From Zestosphaera tikiterensis (GTDB lineage Archaea > Thermoproteota > Thermoprotei_A > Sulfolobales > NBVN01): a stretch of DNA of 32,000 nt. Within the stretch, counting starts at the first letter, position 1; every line of letters begins with the position of its first letter. Shown here piece after piece: positions 1 through 7,928 of the stretch. Position numbers and translations under genes: made by a program. A model generated the notes under the pieces. That model was not told the DNA's origin, made no database searches, and saw only the letters and a list, made by a program, of their open reading frames with translations. The DNA lies in assembly GCA_003056265.1 (NCBI GenBank), contig NBVN01000002.1, positions 60,001 to 92,000 of the forward strand, in the 5' to 3' direction.

Positions 1-541
1 CCCTAGCTGATTTAGCTACTAACTCTGGGTAGACACCCCCTTGAATCGGTAGAACCCACAGCGTGTCACTACCCTGTATGTAGGGGCTTACCTCCCTAGC
101 CCTACGTAAAGTCTCCACAACGCTTTCTAAGGCTTCATCGTATGTTGAGTCGTCTCTAGTCGGTATGTCGGCAATTACCGCTATATCCGAGCCTATCTCC
201 TTCTGATATAGGACTATCTCCACTGGATCTATCTGAATCCTCCCCCTACCGTATATGAGGAGTTGATAAGCGCCGGAATCCGTCATCACAACCCCTTTAA
301 ACCCCGTAACTCCCTTAACGCCTAACTCCTTAGCTTTATCGCCTAAGTTCTGCTTTATTATGAACGCGTTAGTTATTACTTGCTTAAAACCTATCTCAAA
401 TATCTTATCTGGCGGTACCTCCTTAACCTGCTTAAACGGGTTGATCACAGGGAAGAAAGCCGGCGTTTCAACAACGCCTGACTTAGTTCGAAGCTTCCCT
501 ATACGTCCGGCGAGATCCTTATCCTTAATTTCAAAAAACAT
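1..541 (-). CDS. tgtA: archaeosine tRNA-guanine transglycosylase, N-terminal part (gene runs off the left window edge)
   Basis: Absent from the ORF track because the window edge truncates it. The reverse complement from ATG 541..539 reads MFFEIKDKDLAGRIGKLRTKSGVVETPAFFPVINPFKQ...GVVMTDSGAYQLL... and stays open to position 1. This N-terminus and the DSGxxQ segment match my memory of archaeal TGT enzymes. Confidence 0.8.
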   Translation of the reverse strand, partial: MFFEIKDKDLAGRIGKLRTKSGVVETPAFFPVINPFKQVKEVPPDKIFEIGFKQVITNAFIIKQNLGDKAKELGVKGVTGFKGVVMTDSGAYQLLIYGRGRIQIDPVEIVLYQKEIGSDIAVIADIPTRDDSTYDEALESVVETLRRAREVSPYIQGSDTLWVLPIQGGVYPELVAKSAR

Positions 542-562
542 GGTTTGAAATCCCTAAATCGA

Positions 563-1033
563 TTAAGTGGTTATAGGTGCTCCACGCTTCTTAAGGTCTA
601 TATACTCCTGAAGTACGCTGTAAAGCTTGCTTGCTAACGCGCCAGCACCTTCAACGCCGTTTTCAGTTATTTTATACCTATCGTAAACTAAAACCGACTT
701 AGCTTCCTTAATAACTTTAATGGAGTTAAGCGGTATGTTTAACTTACTTGCTACGAACTTAGCGAATTCCTCCGGGTCGAAAGTAGGTCTCTGCTCGAAG
801 ATTATCTCGGATATCCTACCTCCGTTTATAAAGACCTTATAGAGGACCCTACCGTCTTGAGTTCTAGCGTTCTCTAGAACTAGGTGGAGCGATAACCTAT
901 CGCTTAAGTCAATCCCTATAAGCGTCCCAACGTATGTGGTTCCATCAACAAGCTTAACGACGATTTCATTACCTACTAAGCCGTTTAACTCGGTAATCAA
1001 GTTCCTTAAAGCAAACTGCGGCGTTACCCCCAC
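563..1033 (-). CDS. Sm-like (LSm) protein with C-terminal extension, SmAP3-like
   Basis: 156-aa ORF with a GTG start. The N-terminal segment NEIVVKLVDGTTYVGTLIGIDLSDRLSLHLVLENA fits the Sm1/Sm2 pattern. The length and extra C-terminal domain resemble crenarchaeal SmAP3. Confidence 0.65.
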   Translation of the reverse strand: MGVTPQFALRNLITELNGLVGNEIVVKLVDGTTYVGTLIGIDLSDRLSLHLVLENARTQDGRVLYKVFINGGRISEIIFEQRPTFDPEEFAKFVASKLNIPLNSIKVIKEAKSVLVYDRYKITENGVEGAGALASKLYSVLQEYIDLKKRGAPITT

Positions 1034-1143
1034 CTTTCACACCTAAACTTCATATAGCTTTAACATATTTTAAGTGTTTAAAAGAAGTCTTAAGCGATAA
1101 ATACCCATCACCTTATAATCCTTGAAGGGATTATGTAGATTAG

Positions 1144-1713
1144 GTGAGTGTAGTGTCTAGCGACGTAACGTATTGCGAGATGTGCGGTAGGCCGGTTAGA
1201 AGACGTGAAGCTAAGATAGTGTTCGTAGAGGGAGCTAGACTTACTTTATGCGGTAGTTGCTACTCTAAAGTATCTAGAGGTGCTTTAGCTTCTGAGATTA
1301 AGGAAGCCACCGCAAAACCTACGAAGCCTCAAACCGTAAGTAAGCCTGCGGAAACCTCGAAAACCCCTTCCCCACCTAAGAGGATATCCCTTGAGGAGTA
1401 TGAGGTCGTGCCAGACTACGCTGAAAGAATTCGAAAAGCTCGGGAGAAGCTTGGATGGACTCAGAAAGTCTTGGCGGAAGCTGTTAAAGAAAGTGAGAAC
1501 GTGATAAAGAGGGTGGAGGCGGGTAGGTTAACGCCCTCCGTAGACCTAGCTTTAAAGCTGGAGAAAGCCTTAGGGATTAAGTTGTTGGAGCCTATAGCCG
1601 ACGTTGAAGTTACCTCCCAAGACATTACTTCAAAACCTAAGAAAGACCTTACGTTAGGTGACGTTGTGGTTATTAGGAAGAAGGAGGACAGAGGGGGTGG
1701 CGGGGAGGGTTAG
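1144..1713 (+). CDS. mbf1: archaeal multiprotein bridging factor 1 (Zn ribbon + Cro/C1-type HTH)
   Basis: The N-terminus has CEMCG...CGSC (Zn ribbon). The C-terminal segment IRKAREKLGWTQKVLAEAVKESENVIKRVEAGRLTPSVDLALKLEKALGIKL is an XRE-type HTH. This is the architecture typical of aMBF1. GTG start. Confidence 0.8.
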   Translation: MSVVSSDVTYCEMCGRPVRRREAKIVFVEGARLTLCGSCYSKVSRGALASEIKEATAKPTKPQTVSKPAETSKTPSPPKRISLEEYEVVPDYAERIRKAREKLGWTQKVLAEAVKESENVIKRVEAGRLTPSVDLALKLEKALGIKLLEPIADVEVTSQDITSKPKKDLTLGDVVVIRKKEDRGGGGEG

Positions 1714-2830
1714 GAACGGATACCGTAAGAACGTAGTGCTTATTTCTAGGTTGGAAGACTTAAGTGAGGCTAGGGCGTTAGTTGAGACTTTAAACTTTAG
1801 AGTTGTTGATGAAGTTGTTTTAAAGAATTCATTCAAACCAAACGTTAATTACTTCCTGGATCTGGAGAGGTTGAAGGCGCTTAAGGATAGGTTAGACGGC
1901 GATTCGTTAAATTTCGTGAACTCAATCTACATATATGAAGTCCTCCACCCCAGGCAAACGATAAACTTGATTAAGGAGTTTAAGAGGGAGGTTAAGGATA
2001 AGATATCCTTAATTCTTGAGATATTCGCTGAGCACGCGGGCTCTAAAGAAGCTAAGCTGCAGATCGAGATGGCTGAGATACTGCATCAACTACCTATAGT
2101 TAAGGAGTGGATTAGGAAGGCTAAGTTAGGTGAGTTACCCGGTTTCATGGGTCCCGGCGAATACGCTACGGACGTCTACTACAACCACATGAGGCGTAGG
2201 TTGGTTAGGATAAGGAGGGAGTTGAAGGCTTTAAGGGAGAGGAGGCTTAAGGAGAGGGTTTCCAGAACCTCCGCGGGTTTCCCGCAGGTGGCTATTTCAG
2301 GCTACGCAAACGCGGGTAAAACCACGTTATTTAACTTACTGACGGGTTCTAACAAACCCGTGGGTCCGGAGATGTTTACCACAGTATCGCCTAAAGTCTC
2401 AACCGCTGTGATTGAGGATTTGAGGGTGGCTTTCGTGGATACTGTAGGGTTTATTAAGGGGTTACCGCATGAAGTTATTGAGGCTTTCTACGCTACTTTA
2501 GAGGAGATAGCTACTTCAAAACTAACTGTTTTAGTTGTTGACGCTTCTGAAGACTTAAGTAAGGTTAGGGGTAAGGTCCTCTCATCGCTTGACATCCTTT
2601 CTAAGATAGGGTATTTCGGCAAGCCTTTAGTTGTTGCTTTAAATAAGGTGGATTTACTGAATGACGTGTCTGAAGTTAAGAAAGTCGTTGAGGAGGTTTT
2701 AAGCAATCACTACATGTGGAGTTGGCGTGTCGTAAGTATCTCAGCCCTTAAAGGGTTTGGAGTGTCTTCATTGAAGAACGTTATTTACGAGTTGATTAAA
2801 CCTAAAGAGTTAAGCGTGAGTAATGCTTAG
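1697..2830 (+). CDS. hflX: GTPase HflX
   Basis: P-loop [16 protein letters not shown], then DTVGF and NKVD G-motifs, preceded by an HflX-like N-terminal domain. The open frame begins at 1658. I prefer GTG 1697 because AAGGAGGA lies at 1681-1688. The start is uncertain. Confidence 0.8.
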   Translation: MAGRVRNGYRKNVVLISRLEDLSEARALVETLNFRVVDEVVLKNSFKPNVNYFLDLERLKALKDRLDGDSLNFVNSIYIYEVLHPRQTINLIKEFKREVKDKISLILEIFAEHAGSKEAKLQIEMAEILHQLPIVKEWIRKAKLGELPGFMGPGEYATDVYYNHMRRRLVRIRRELKALRERRLKERVSRTSAGFPQVAISGYANAGKTTLFNLLTGSNKPVGPEMFTTVSPKVSTAVIEDLRVAFVDTVGFIKGLPHEVIEAFYATLEEIATSKLTVLVVDASEDLSKVRGKVLSSLDILSKIGYFGKPLVVALNKVDLLNDVSEVKKVVEEVLSNHYMWSWRVVSISALKGFGVSSLKNVIYELIKPKELSVSNA

Positions 2831-3413
2831 AGGGCCTGAAGTGGTTAAGATCTACGTCTTAAGGATAGGCCATAGACCCTCTAGAGATAAGAGAGTAACT
2901 ACGCACGTGGGTCTCGTAGCTAGAGCTTTCGGAGCTTCAGGGTTTATCCTAGGCGACGTACGTGATGAGGCAGTTCTTAAAAGCATATTGAAGGTCTGCT
3001 CGCTATGGGGTGGTTCCTCATTTCATGTGGAGGACGGGGTTAACAGCTTAGACTACGTTAAGAAGTGGAGGGAGTTGGGCGGTTTAGTAATTCACTTAAC
3101 TATGTATGGACTCCACGTAGATGACGTCATTGAAGAGATTAGAAAAAGCGGTAAGGACTTACTAGTAGTTGTTGGGGCTTCTAAAGTTCCTCGGGAGTAC
3201 TACGAGTTAGCTGATTATAACGTAGCCATAGGCCATCAACCACACTCTGAAGTAGCTGCTTTAGCGGTTTTTCTAGATAGGTATTTCAAAGGCGGTGAGT
3301 TACGATTTATTTTCTCCGATGCTAAATTATATGTGGTGCCGTCCCCCAAAGGTAAGTTGGTGGTTAGGAGTGAAGAAAGAAGCGAACCTGAAGGACTTGA
3401 TAAAGTTCATTAA
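2823..3413 (+). CDS. trm56: tRNA (cytidine56-2'-O)-methyltransferase, SPOUT family (aTrm56)
   Basis: [27 protein letters not shown] and the later VVVGASKVP...[19 protein letters not shown] match the aTrm56 pattern as I remember it. The start overlaps the hflX stop by 8 nt. Confidence 0.75.
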   Translation: MLRGPEVVKIYVLRIGHRPSRDKRVTTHVGLVARAFGASGFILGDVRDEAVLKSILKVCSLWGGSSFHVEDGVNSLDYVKKWRELGGLVIHLTMYGLHVDDVIEEIRKSGKDLLVVVGASKVPREYYELADYNVAIGHQPHSEVAALAVFLDRYFKGGELRFIFSDAKLYVVPSPKGKLVVRSEERSEPEGLDKVH

Positions 3414-3909
3414 TGAGTATGTAGGGAATTCCGGAGGCGCCGTATTTGAGGTTCTAGCTCAATCCGATAAGGGGATATTAGACGTAGATATTATGAAGAA
3501 GACAGGGCTTGACGAGCAGGAGGTTAGGAGGGTTTTATATGAGTTGCAGGCTTTAGGCATAGCTTCCTATAGGAGGGATAGGAGCCCGGAGGACGGTAGG
3601 TTCCTATACTATTGGTTTATAGATTCCGGGCGTTTAAATCAAATACTCATTCAAAGGAAGAAAGCGGTGGTTAACAAGCTTAAGGAGAGGCTTGAATACG
3701 AATCTAAAAACACTTTCTTCACATGCCCTAGAGACGGCACTAGATTAACTTTCGATGAAGCTTTAGAAAATGACTTCAAATGCCCGAAATGTGAGGGGGA
3801 GCTCGTAGCAGAAGATAACAGCGGCGTTAAGGAGTTCCTACGCTCTATGATTGCTAAGTTGGAAGAGGAAATAGCTAATGAAGAGAGGAAGATCGCCGCA
3901 CCTAGTTGA
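3370..3909 (+). CDS. tfe: transcription factor E (TFE alpha; winged helix + Zn ribbon)
   Basis: Winged-helix segment ([21 protein letters not shown]) followed by the Zn ribbon [12 protein letters not shown]...[10 protein letters not shown]. The open frame starts at 3295 inside trm56. GTG 3370 is my best guess for the start. Confidence 0.75.
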   Translation: MKKEANLKDLIKFINEYVGNSGGAVFEVLAQSDKGILDVDIMKKTGLDEQEVRRVLYELQALGIASYRRDRSPEDGRFLYYWFIDSGRLNQILIQRKKAVVNKLKERLEYESKNTFFTCPRDGTRLTFDEALENDFKCPKCEGELVAEDNSGVKEFLRSMIAKLEEEIANEERKIAAPS

Positions 3910-4852
3910 TTTGTTCTCAGGCGCCGGCGGCTTCACAAGAGGCTTCCATGAAGTTGGTTTTACGTCTTTAATAGCTATTGACGTCGATGAAGCCGCGGCT
4001 TCATCATACGTAAGTAACTTCCCAACAGCTTTAGTTTTAGTTGAGGACGTACGTGAGGTTTCATGCGATTTAATAAGGAAGCTTTTAAACGGTGTTGAGG
4101 TTGACGTACTCATAGGTTCCCCACCGTGTGAGCCCTTCACAGGATCTAACCCGAATAGGATGTCAGACCCTCTGGACAGACTTTATAAAGACCCTCAAGG
4201 CCAGTTAGTCCTTGAGTTCATACGTATCCTATCCTGTTTAGAACCTAAGGCCTTCGTTATGGAGAACGTGCCGGCTATAATGGAGGGTGACCTCAGGTCT
4301 GCTCTTAAGGAGGAGTTCGGTAGGGTAGGTTATGAAGTACGTTTCAACGTTTTAAAGGCTGAGGACTACGGAACTCCATCGCGTAGGACTAGAGTATTCA
4401 TATCCAACCTTACTTTAAACCCTAGGAGAAGCGGTGGGAAAGTAGTGGTTTGGGATGTTTTGAAGGACCTACCCCCACCTAGTCATGAGCCGTTACTACC
4501 TAATCATGAACCTCCGCCAAACTTAAGCAAGAGTAAGTTGAAGAGGGCTGTTAGGGTTGGGTGGGGTTCTTCAATGGTTAAGTATGAAGGGGCTGAGGGT
4601 AGGAGGTTACCGAATCTTATTAGGTTACATCCATATAGAGTCGCCCCAACAGTTTTAGGTTCCTCTAGGTTTCTACACCCGTTTGAGGATAGGTTGTTAA
4701 CTGTTAGGGAGCAGGCTAGGCTGATGGGTTTTCCAGACCATCACGTTTTCTTAGGTGGTAAGGAGCAACAGTATAATCAAGTTGGTGAGGCCGTACCACC
4801 AACTTTAGCAAAAGCTATAGCTGAGGAGTTAATTAAATTCTTAGGTGGTTAA
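3878..4852 (+). CDS. C5 cytosine methyltransferase (Dcm/Dnmt superfamily), no adjacent restriction gene
   Basis: Motif I is DLFSGAGGF (3914-3931). Motif IV is GSPPCEPFT, with the catalytic Cys codon at 4127-4129. Motif VI is FVMENVP, motif VIII is YGTPSRRTRVF, and the C-terminal motifs are RLLTVREQARLMGFPD and QVGEAVPP. The start overlaps the tfe stop by 32 nt. Confidence 0.85.
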   Translation: MKRGRSPHLVDLFSGAGGFTRGFHEVGFTSLIAIDVDEAAASSYVSNFPTALVLVEDVREVSCDLIRKLLNGVEVDVLIGSPPCEPFTGSNPNRMSDPLDRLYKDPQGQLVLEFIRILSCLEPKAFVMENVPAIMEGDLRSALKEEFGRVGYEVRFNVLKAEDYGTPSRRTRVFISNLTLNPRRSGGKVVVWDVLKDLPPPSHEPLLPNHEPPPNLSKSKLKRAVRVGWGSSMVKYEGAEGRRLPNLIRLHPYRVAPTVLGSSRFLHPFEDRLLTVREQARLMGFPDHHVFLGGKEQQYNQVGEAVPPTLAKAIAEELIKFLGG

Positions 4853-4854
4853 AA

Positions 4855-5331
4855 ATGGGTGGGGTTGGAAGCGGTTTAGAGTTTCTAGTGGTTTTAAATA
4901 ACGTTAACTCACCTTCAAGGCTCGTGGATTTCGTTAAGGTTGCTTTAAGCAATAATAAAGTTAAGATAGCTGCCGTAGTCGCTTCAAGAGTTTCAGGGAT
5001 GGCCGCACAGACAGGAGTTCCTGAAGCAAGTAAATACGCTATTAAGAAAAACAAAGCGTTTTTCGTACTACCAACACTTCAGGAAGTTATTGAGTTGTTA
5101 AAACCTGATAAAGTCTACATAGTAGTTAACTCTGAAGTAGCTAAGTCCTTAACTGAAGTTAAGGGTGAAATCAACGGTAGGGTAATGCTGGTTTTCAACG
5201 GTGTTGAAGGTTCGTTAAGCAAGAGTGAGTTAGCGTTGGGAGAGCATATAAGGATTGAAGATTATGAGGAAACACCTCCAGCGCCTGTATCGTTAGCTAT
5301 AGTTTTAAGAGAATTAACTAAAACCACTTAA
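4855..5331 (+). CDS. conserved hypothetical protein, possibly a SPOUT-like fold
   Basis: 158-aa ORF starting 3 nt after the methyltransferase stop. The C-terminal segment VMLVFNGVEGSLSKSELALGEHIRI...PVSLAIVLRELTK resembles the LVFG-E-GLS...I-IP...SLN-A-A-I-LYE knot region of SPOUT enzymes. This is a weak match made by eye. Confidence 0.45.
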   Translation: MGGVGSGLEFLVVLNNVNSPSRLVDFVKVALSNNKVKIAAVVASRVSGMAAQTGVPEASKYAIKKNKAFFVLPTLQEVIELLKPDKVYIVVNSEVAKSLTEVKGEINGRVMLVFNGVEGSLSKSELALGEHIRIEDYEETPPAPVSLAIVLRELTKTT

Positions 5332-5351
5332 GAGATGTAGAGGGCGGAAAC

Positions 5352-5358
5352 TTTAAAA
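5352..5358 (+). promoter_or_regulatory. TATA-like box (TTTAAAA) for tRNA-Gln
   Basis: TTTAAAA ends 26 nt upstream of tRNA position 1 (5384). This is the usual archaeal TATA-to-start spacing. Confidence 0.4.
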
Positions 5359-5383
5359 CCACTTAAGTCAAGTAATTTTTGGA

Positions 5384-5474
5384 AGCCGGGTCGTCTAGCG
5401 GCCAAGGATGCGGGGCTTTGGACCTTCAAGGAGGAACCCCCGTGACCGGGGTTCGAATCCCCGCCCGGCTACCA
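5384..5474 (+). tRNA. tRNA-Gln (anticodon UUG) with a ~15-nt intron in or next to the anticodon loop; CCA encoded
   Basis: Folded by hand. Acceptor AGCCGGG (5384-5390) pairs with CCCGGCT (5464-5470), followed by A73 and CCA at 5472-5474. The T arm is CGGGG-TTCGAAT-CCCCG. The anticodon stem CGGGG (5411-5415) pairs with CCCCG (5438-5442). The loop is CUUUGG with UUG at 5418-5420. About 15 extra nt (about 5422/5423 to 5436/5437) interrupt the loop. Confidence 0.85.
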
Positions 5475-5519
5475 CCCCCTTAAAACCGATACACTCTAAA
5501 ACAACGTATAAAACAACGC

Positions 5520-5525
5520 TTTTTT
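5520..5525 (+). terminator. T6 tract, possible archaeal terminator downstream of tRNA-Gln
   Basis: GCTTTTTTAG lies about 45 nt after the tRNA 3' end. Oligo-T tracts serve as archaeal termination signals. Confidence 0.25.
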
Positions 5526-5725
5526 AGATTTCTCCCTCATTAATGTTGTTTACTTCATAGGTATGTAGTTACTAGGGAGGTATGCAGTTATTCCTGTTCT
5601 TATGCATCTGAGATTATGGTTCGCAGGTTAGGTGTCAATGGAGGACGTGAATGGTTCACGACAGTTTTCTAAAGGTTGATGGAGAATTTAATATCTGTGA
5701 TGGGAGGCGGGGTGGGTTTCCTTGT

Positions 5726-6484
5726 TTATACCTTCGTTTTTGCTATTGTCTTTAGAGAAGCTTCAACTAATATCTTCTCAGCTTTTTTCAACTTCTTAGT
5801 TTTGAAGCCTGCTTTCCATTGATCACCGTATAGCTCGTCCGATATTGCTACTGCTACGGCGAGACGTACTCCTCGGTAGGTTGCTACAGTCATTAACGCC
5901 GTAGCCTCCATATCTACGCCTAACGCGCCAAGTCTAGAGTACTCAGCTACTTTATCCTTTGTTTCACGGTATATGGCGTCGGTGCTCCATATACCTCCTC
6001 GAAGAACTCTGATTTTCTTCCTGCCCTTAACTTCCTTTACTTCATTGTATAAAGCTTTAGCTAACTTAACGTCAGGTTTCGGTATGGTGTTGGGAGGCAT
6101 GTAGTGGTAGCTAGTTCCCTCCTCGCGTAGGCCCCACGTAGGTATTAGGATATCTCCTATTCTTAGTTTAGGGCTTAAAGCCCCAGCTTCTCCAACCATA
6201 ATGAATATCTTACCTCCACCGGCTATTAACGTCTCTAAGCCGGCGGTGGCTGCCGGTGCTCCCCAAAAAGGTAGGGTTATGAAGACTTTACTATCGTTGT
6301 AGTAGCCTTCAACAGATTTAAATAACGCTCCGCTAAATCTTACTTCTTTCTTATCCTGCAGTATTTTAGTAGCTTCCTTGAAAAGTCGGGGAGTGAGGAA
6401 TAGAAGTACTTTATCGGATGGCACTCTTTTCTTCACTATTTCGTAGGGGTTAATTACCGGTTTGTCTTCACCGATCTTAAACAC
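5726..6484 (-). CDS. nucleoside phosphorylase, PNP/UDP-1 family (uridine/purine nucleoside phosphorylase-like)
   Basis: 252-aa ORF with a GTG start. GAPAATAGLETLIAGGGKIFIMVGEAGAL, GGIWSTDAIYRET and LGALGVDMEATAL are characteristic of the PNP/UDP phosphorylase fold. Confidence 0.7.
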   Translation of the reverse strand: MFKIGEDKPVINPYEIVKKRVPSDKVLLFLTPRLFKEATKILQDKKEVRFSGALFKSVEGYYNDSKVFITLPFWGAPAATAGLETLIAGGGKIFIMVGEAGALSPKLRIGDILIPTWGLREEGTSYHYMPPNTIPKPDVKLAKALYNEVKEVKGRKKIRVLRGGIWSTDAIYRETKDKVAEYSRLGALGVDMEATALMTVATYRGVRLAVAVAISDELYGDQWKAGFKTKKLKKAEKILVEASLKTIAKTKV

Positions 6485-6687
6485 ATACCATCCCTTCCTG
6501 AAGACTTGACTTCAATTAAGTTTTCATTACTTGTTGTATGCGGTGCTTTAAAAACATTATGGCTGAAGGGGAAAAGCTTACATGCGTTACATAGTTAATG
6601 TCTTTATGATGTAGGTAAACCCTATTTCAGAAGGTGTAGGTAGTTAAGAAATGGTTTAGTTAGGCTCGGTTTTGATTAAGTATGTTT

Positions 6688-7331
6688 TTAGGTTGTGTTT
6701 TGAGTTTTAATGTATAGTGTTTTTAAATACTCTACTACGTTTTGAGGTAGTGTTTCTATTTTGCCTAGGAGTTTAGCGTGTATGTATATTTGAGCTATTT
6801 TCTCAACTAACTCAAGTACTTCAGTTGCTTCCTGTAGGTTCTTACCTACGGCTACGACTCCGTGGTTGGCTATTATTGCTGCTGACCTACCTTCTAATGC
6901 TTTAACTACTTCCTCAGCTAGTTCTTGAGTTCCTAAGGGTGCGTATTTAGTAACTTTAACGTCGCCACCAACGCGTAGGACCATCTCCTCAATTAACGGT
7001 GGTATGGGTTCCCTAACCACGGCTAAGACTGTGGTGTATGGTGCGTGAGCATGTATTACTGCGTTGATTTTACTGAACCTCCTATATATGGTTAAATGCA
7101 TTGGGGTTTCAACTGAGGGCTTGCCTGAACCTTCGATTAAACCGCCGTTTAAATCGATGACTATTAAGTCCTCAGGTTTTAAAGCGGATTTTAAGAAGCC
7201 GCTGGGCGTTATGACGACGTGGTTGGCTTCAGGTATTCTAACGCTTACGTTACCAGCCCTACCGTAGTTTAAACCCTTAACTTCTAAAAACCTTAAAACA
7301 TCAACTATAGACTCCCTAACCTCACGATACA
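6688..7331 (-). CDS. class II aldolase/adducin-family protein (fuculose-1-phosphate aldolase / MTRu-1-P dehydratase-like)
   Basis: Motifs GNVSVRI, ITPSG, ETPMHLTIYRR, AVIHAHAPYTT and IANHGVVAVGKNLQEA. The ORF track starts at TTG 7371. I prefer ATG 7331 (MYREVRESIV...), which gives a typical N-terminus. Confidence 0.75.
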
Positions 7332-7379
7332 TCAACTTAAAACCCACCCCATAAAATCGATTAAACCTCAATTAAATAA

Positions 7380-7402
7380 CTCCATATAAGACATATATGG
7401 AG
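7380..7402. promoter_or_regulatory. perfect 9-bp inverted repeat (CTCCATATA-AGACA-TATATGGAG) in the divergent promoter region
   Basis: Read directly from the sequence. It sits 31 nt upstream of the first Zn-ribbon gene start (7433) and 49 nt from the aldolase ATG (7331). The arms are TATA-like. Confidence 0.35.
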
Positions 7403-7432
7403 ATTCTACGATACAATATTAGGTGTTGTTAA

Positions 7433-7645
7433 ATGGTTAGATGCCCTACATGCGGTAGTGATAAAGTAGAAGCCGTTAAGTCTTGGGATTATAGAATGAA
7501 TAGAGTAGACACTCAATATAGAGTAACCTACTATAGATGCCTAAACTGCGGTCAGAAATTCAACCACTACGTAAGAATTAAAGGAAGTAAAGGAAGAGAG
7601 GAAATATACGTTAAACTACCACCACCTAGGAGGGTTAAGAAATGA
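7433..7645 (+). CDS. zinc-ribbon mini-protein (70 aa), paralog 1
   Basis: CPTCG...(29 aa)...CLNCGQKFNHY plus the basic tail PPPRRVKK. The same pattern occurs in the next ORF. Confidence 0.6.
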   Translation: MVRCPTCGSDKVEAVKSWDYRMNRVDTQYRVTYYRCLNCGQKFNHYVRIKGSKGREEIYVKLPPPRRVKK

Positions 7646-7854
7646 ATCAAAAAATAAAATGCCCATACTGTGGCTACGAAGGAGAAACAAACACATATAA
7701 AGAACTAAGAAAACCATGGAAATTCAGATTCTACGAAGTTAAAAGACTACAATGCCCTAAATGCGGCGGGATATTCCAACACTACATAGGAACAAGCCCA
7801 AAAGGAAAGAAATCAGAATACACCATCAGAATAAAACCAAAACCTAAGAAGTGA
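7642..7854 (+). CDS. zinc-ribbon mini-protein (70 aa), paralog 2
   Basis: CPYCG...(28 aa)...CPKCGGIFQHY plus the basic tail KPKPKK. The start ATG overlaps the stop of paralog 1 (ATGA at 7642-7645). Confidence 0.6.
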   Translation: MNQKIKCPYCGYEGETNTYKELRKPWKFRFYEVKRLQCPKCGGIFQHYIGTSPKGKKSEYTIRIKPKPKK

Positions 7855-7928
7855 GCTGACGTATATCATATTGTGGCATCTTATTTTTAATTTTTAACTA
7901 CTTTAAAGGTGTTATATATGGATCTAAC

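Noticed and set aside
360-548. 62-aa plus-strand ORF
   Set aside because: It lies entirely antisense to the clearly recognisable tgtA reading frame and has no recognisable product, so it is a shadow ORF.
4855-5331. Possibility that the 158-aa ORF after the C5-methyltransferase is a Vsr-type mismatch endonuclease or a small restriction enzyme
   Set aside because: The size is right, but the sequence lacks the His/Cys/Asp-rich Vsr pattern and any PD-ExK or HNH motif. Its C-terminus looks more SPOUT-like.
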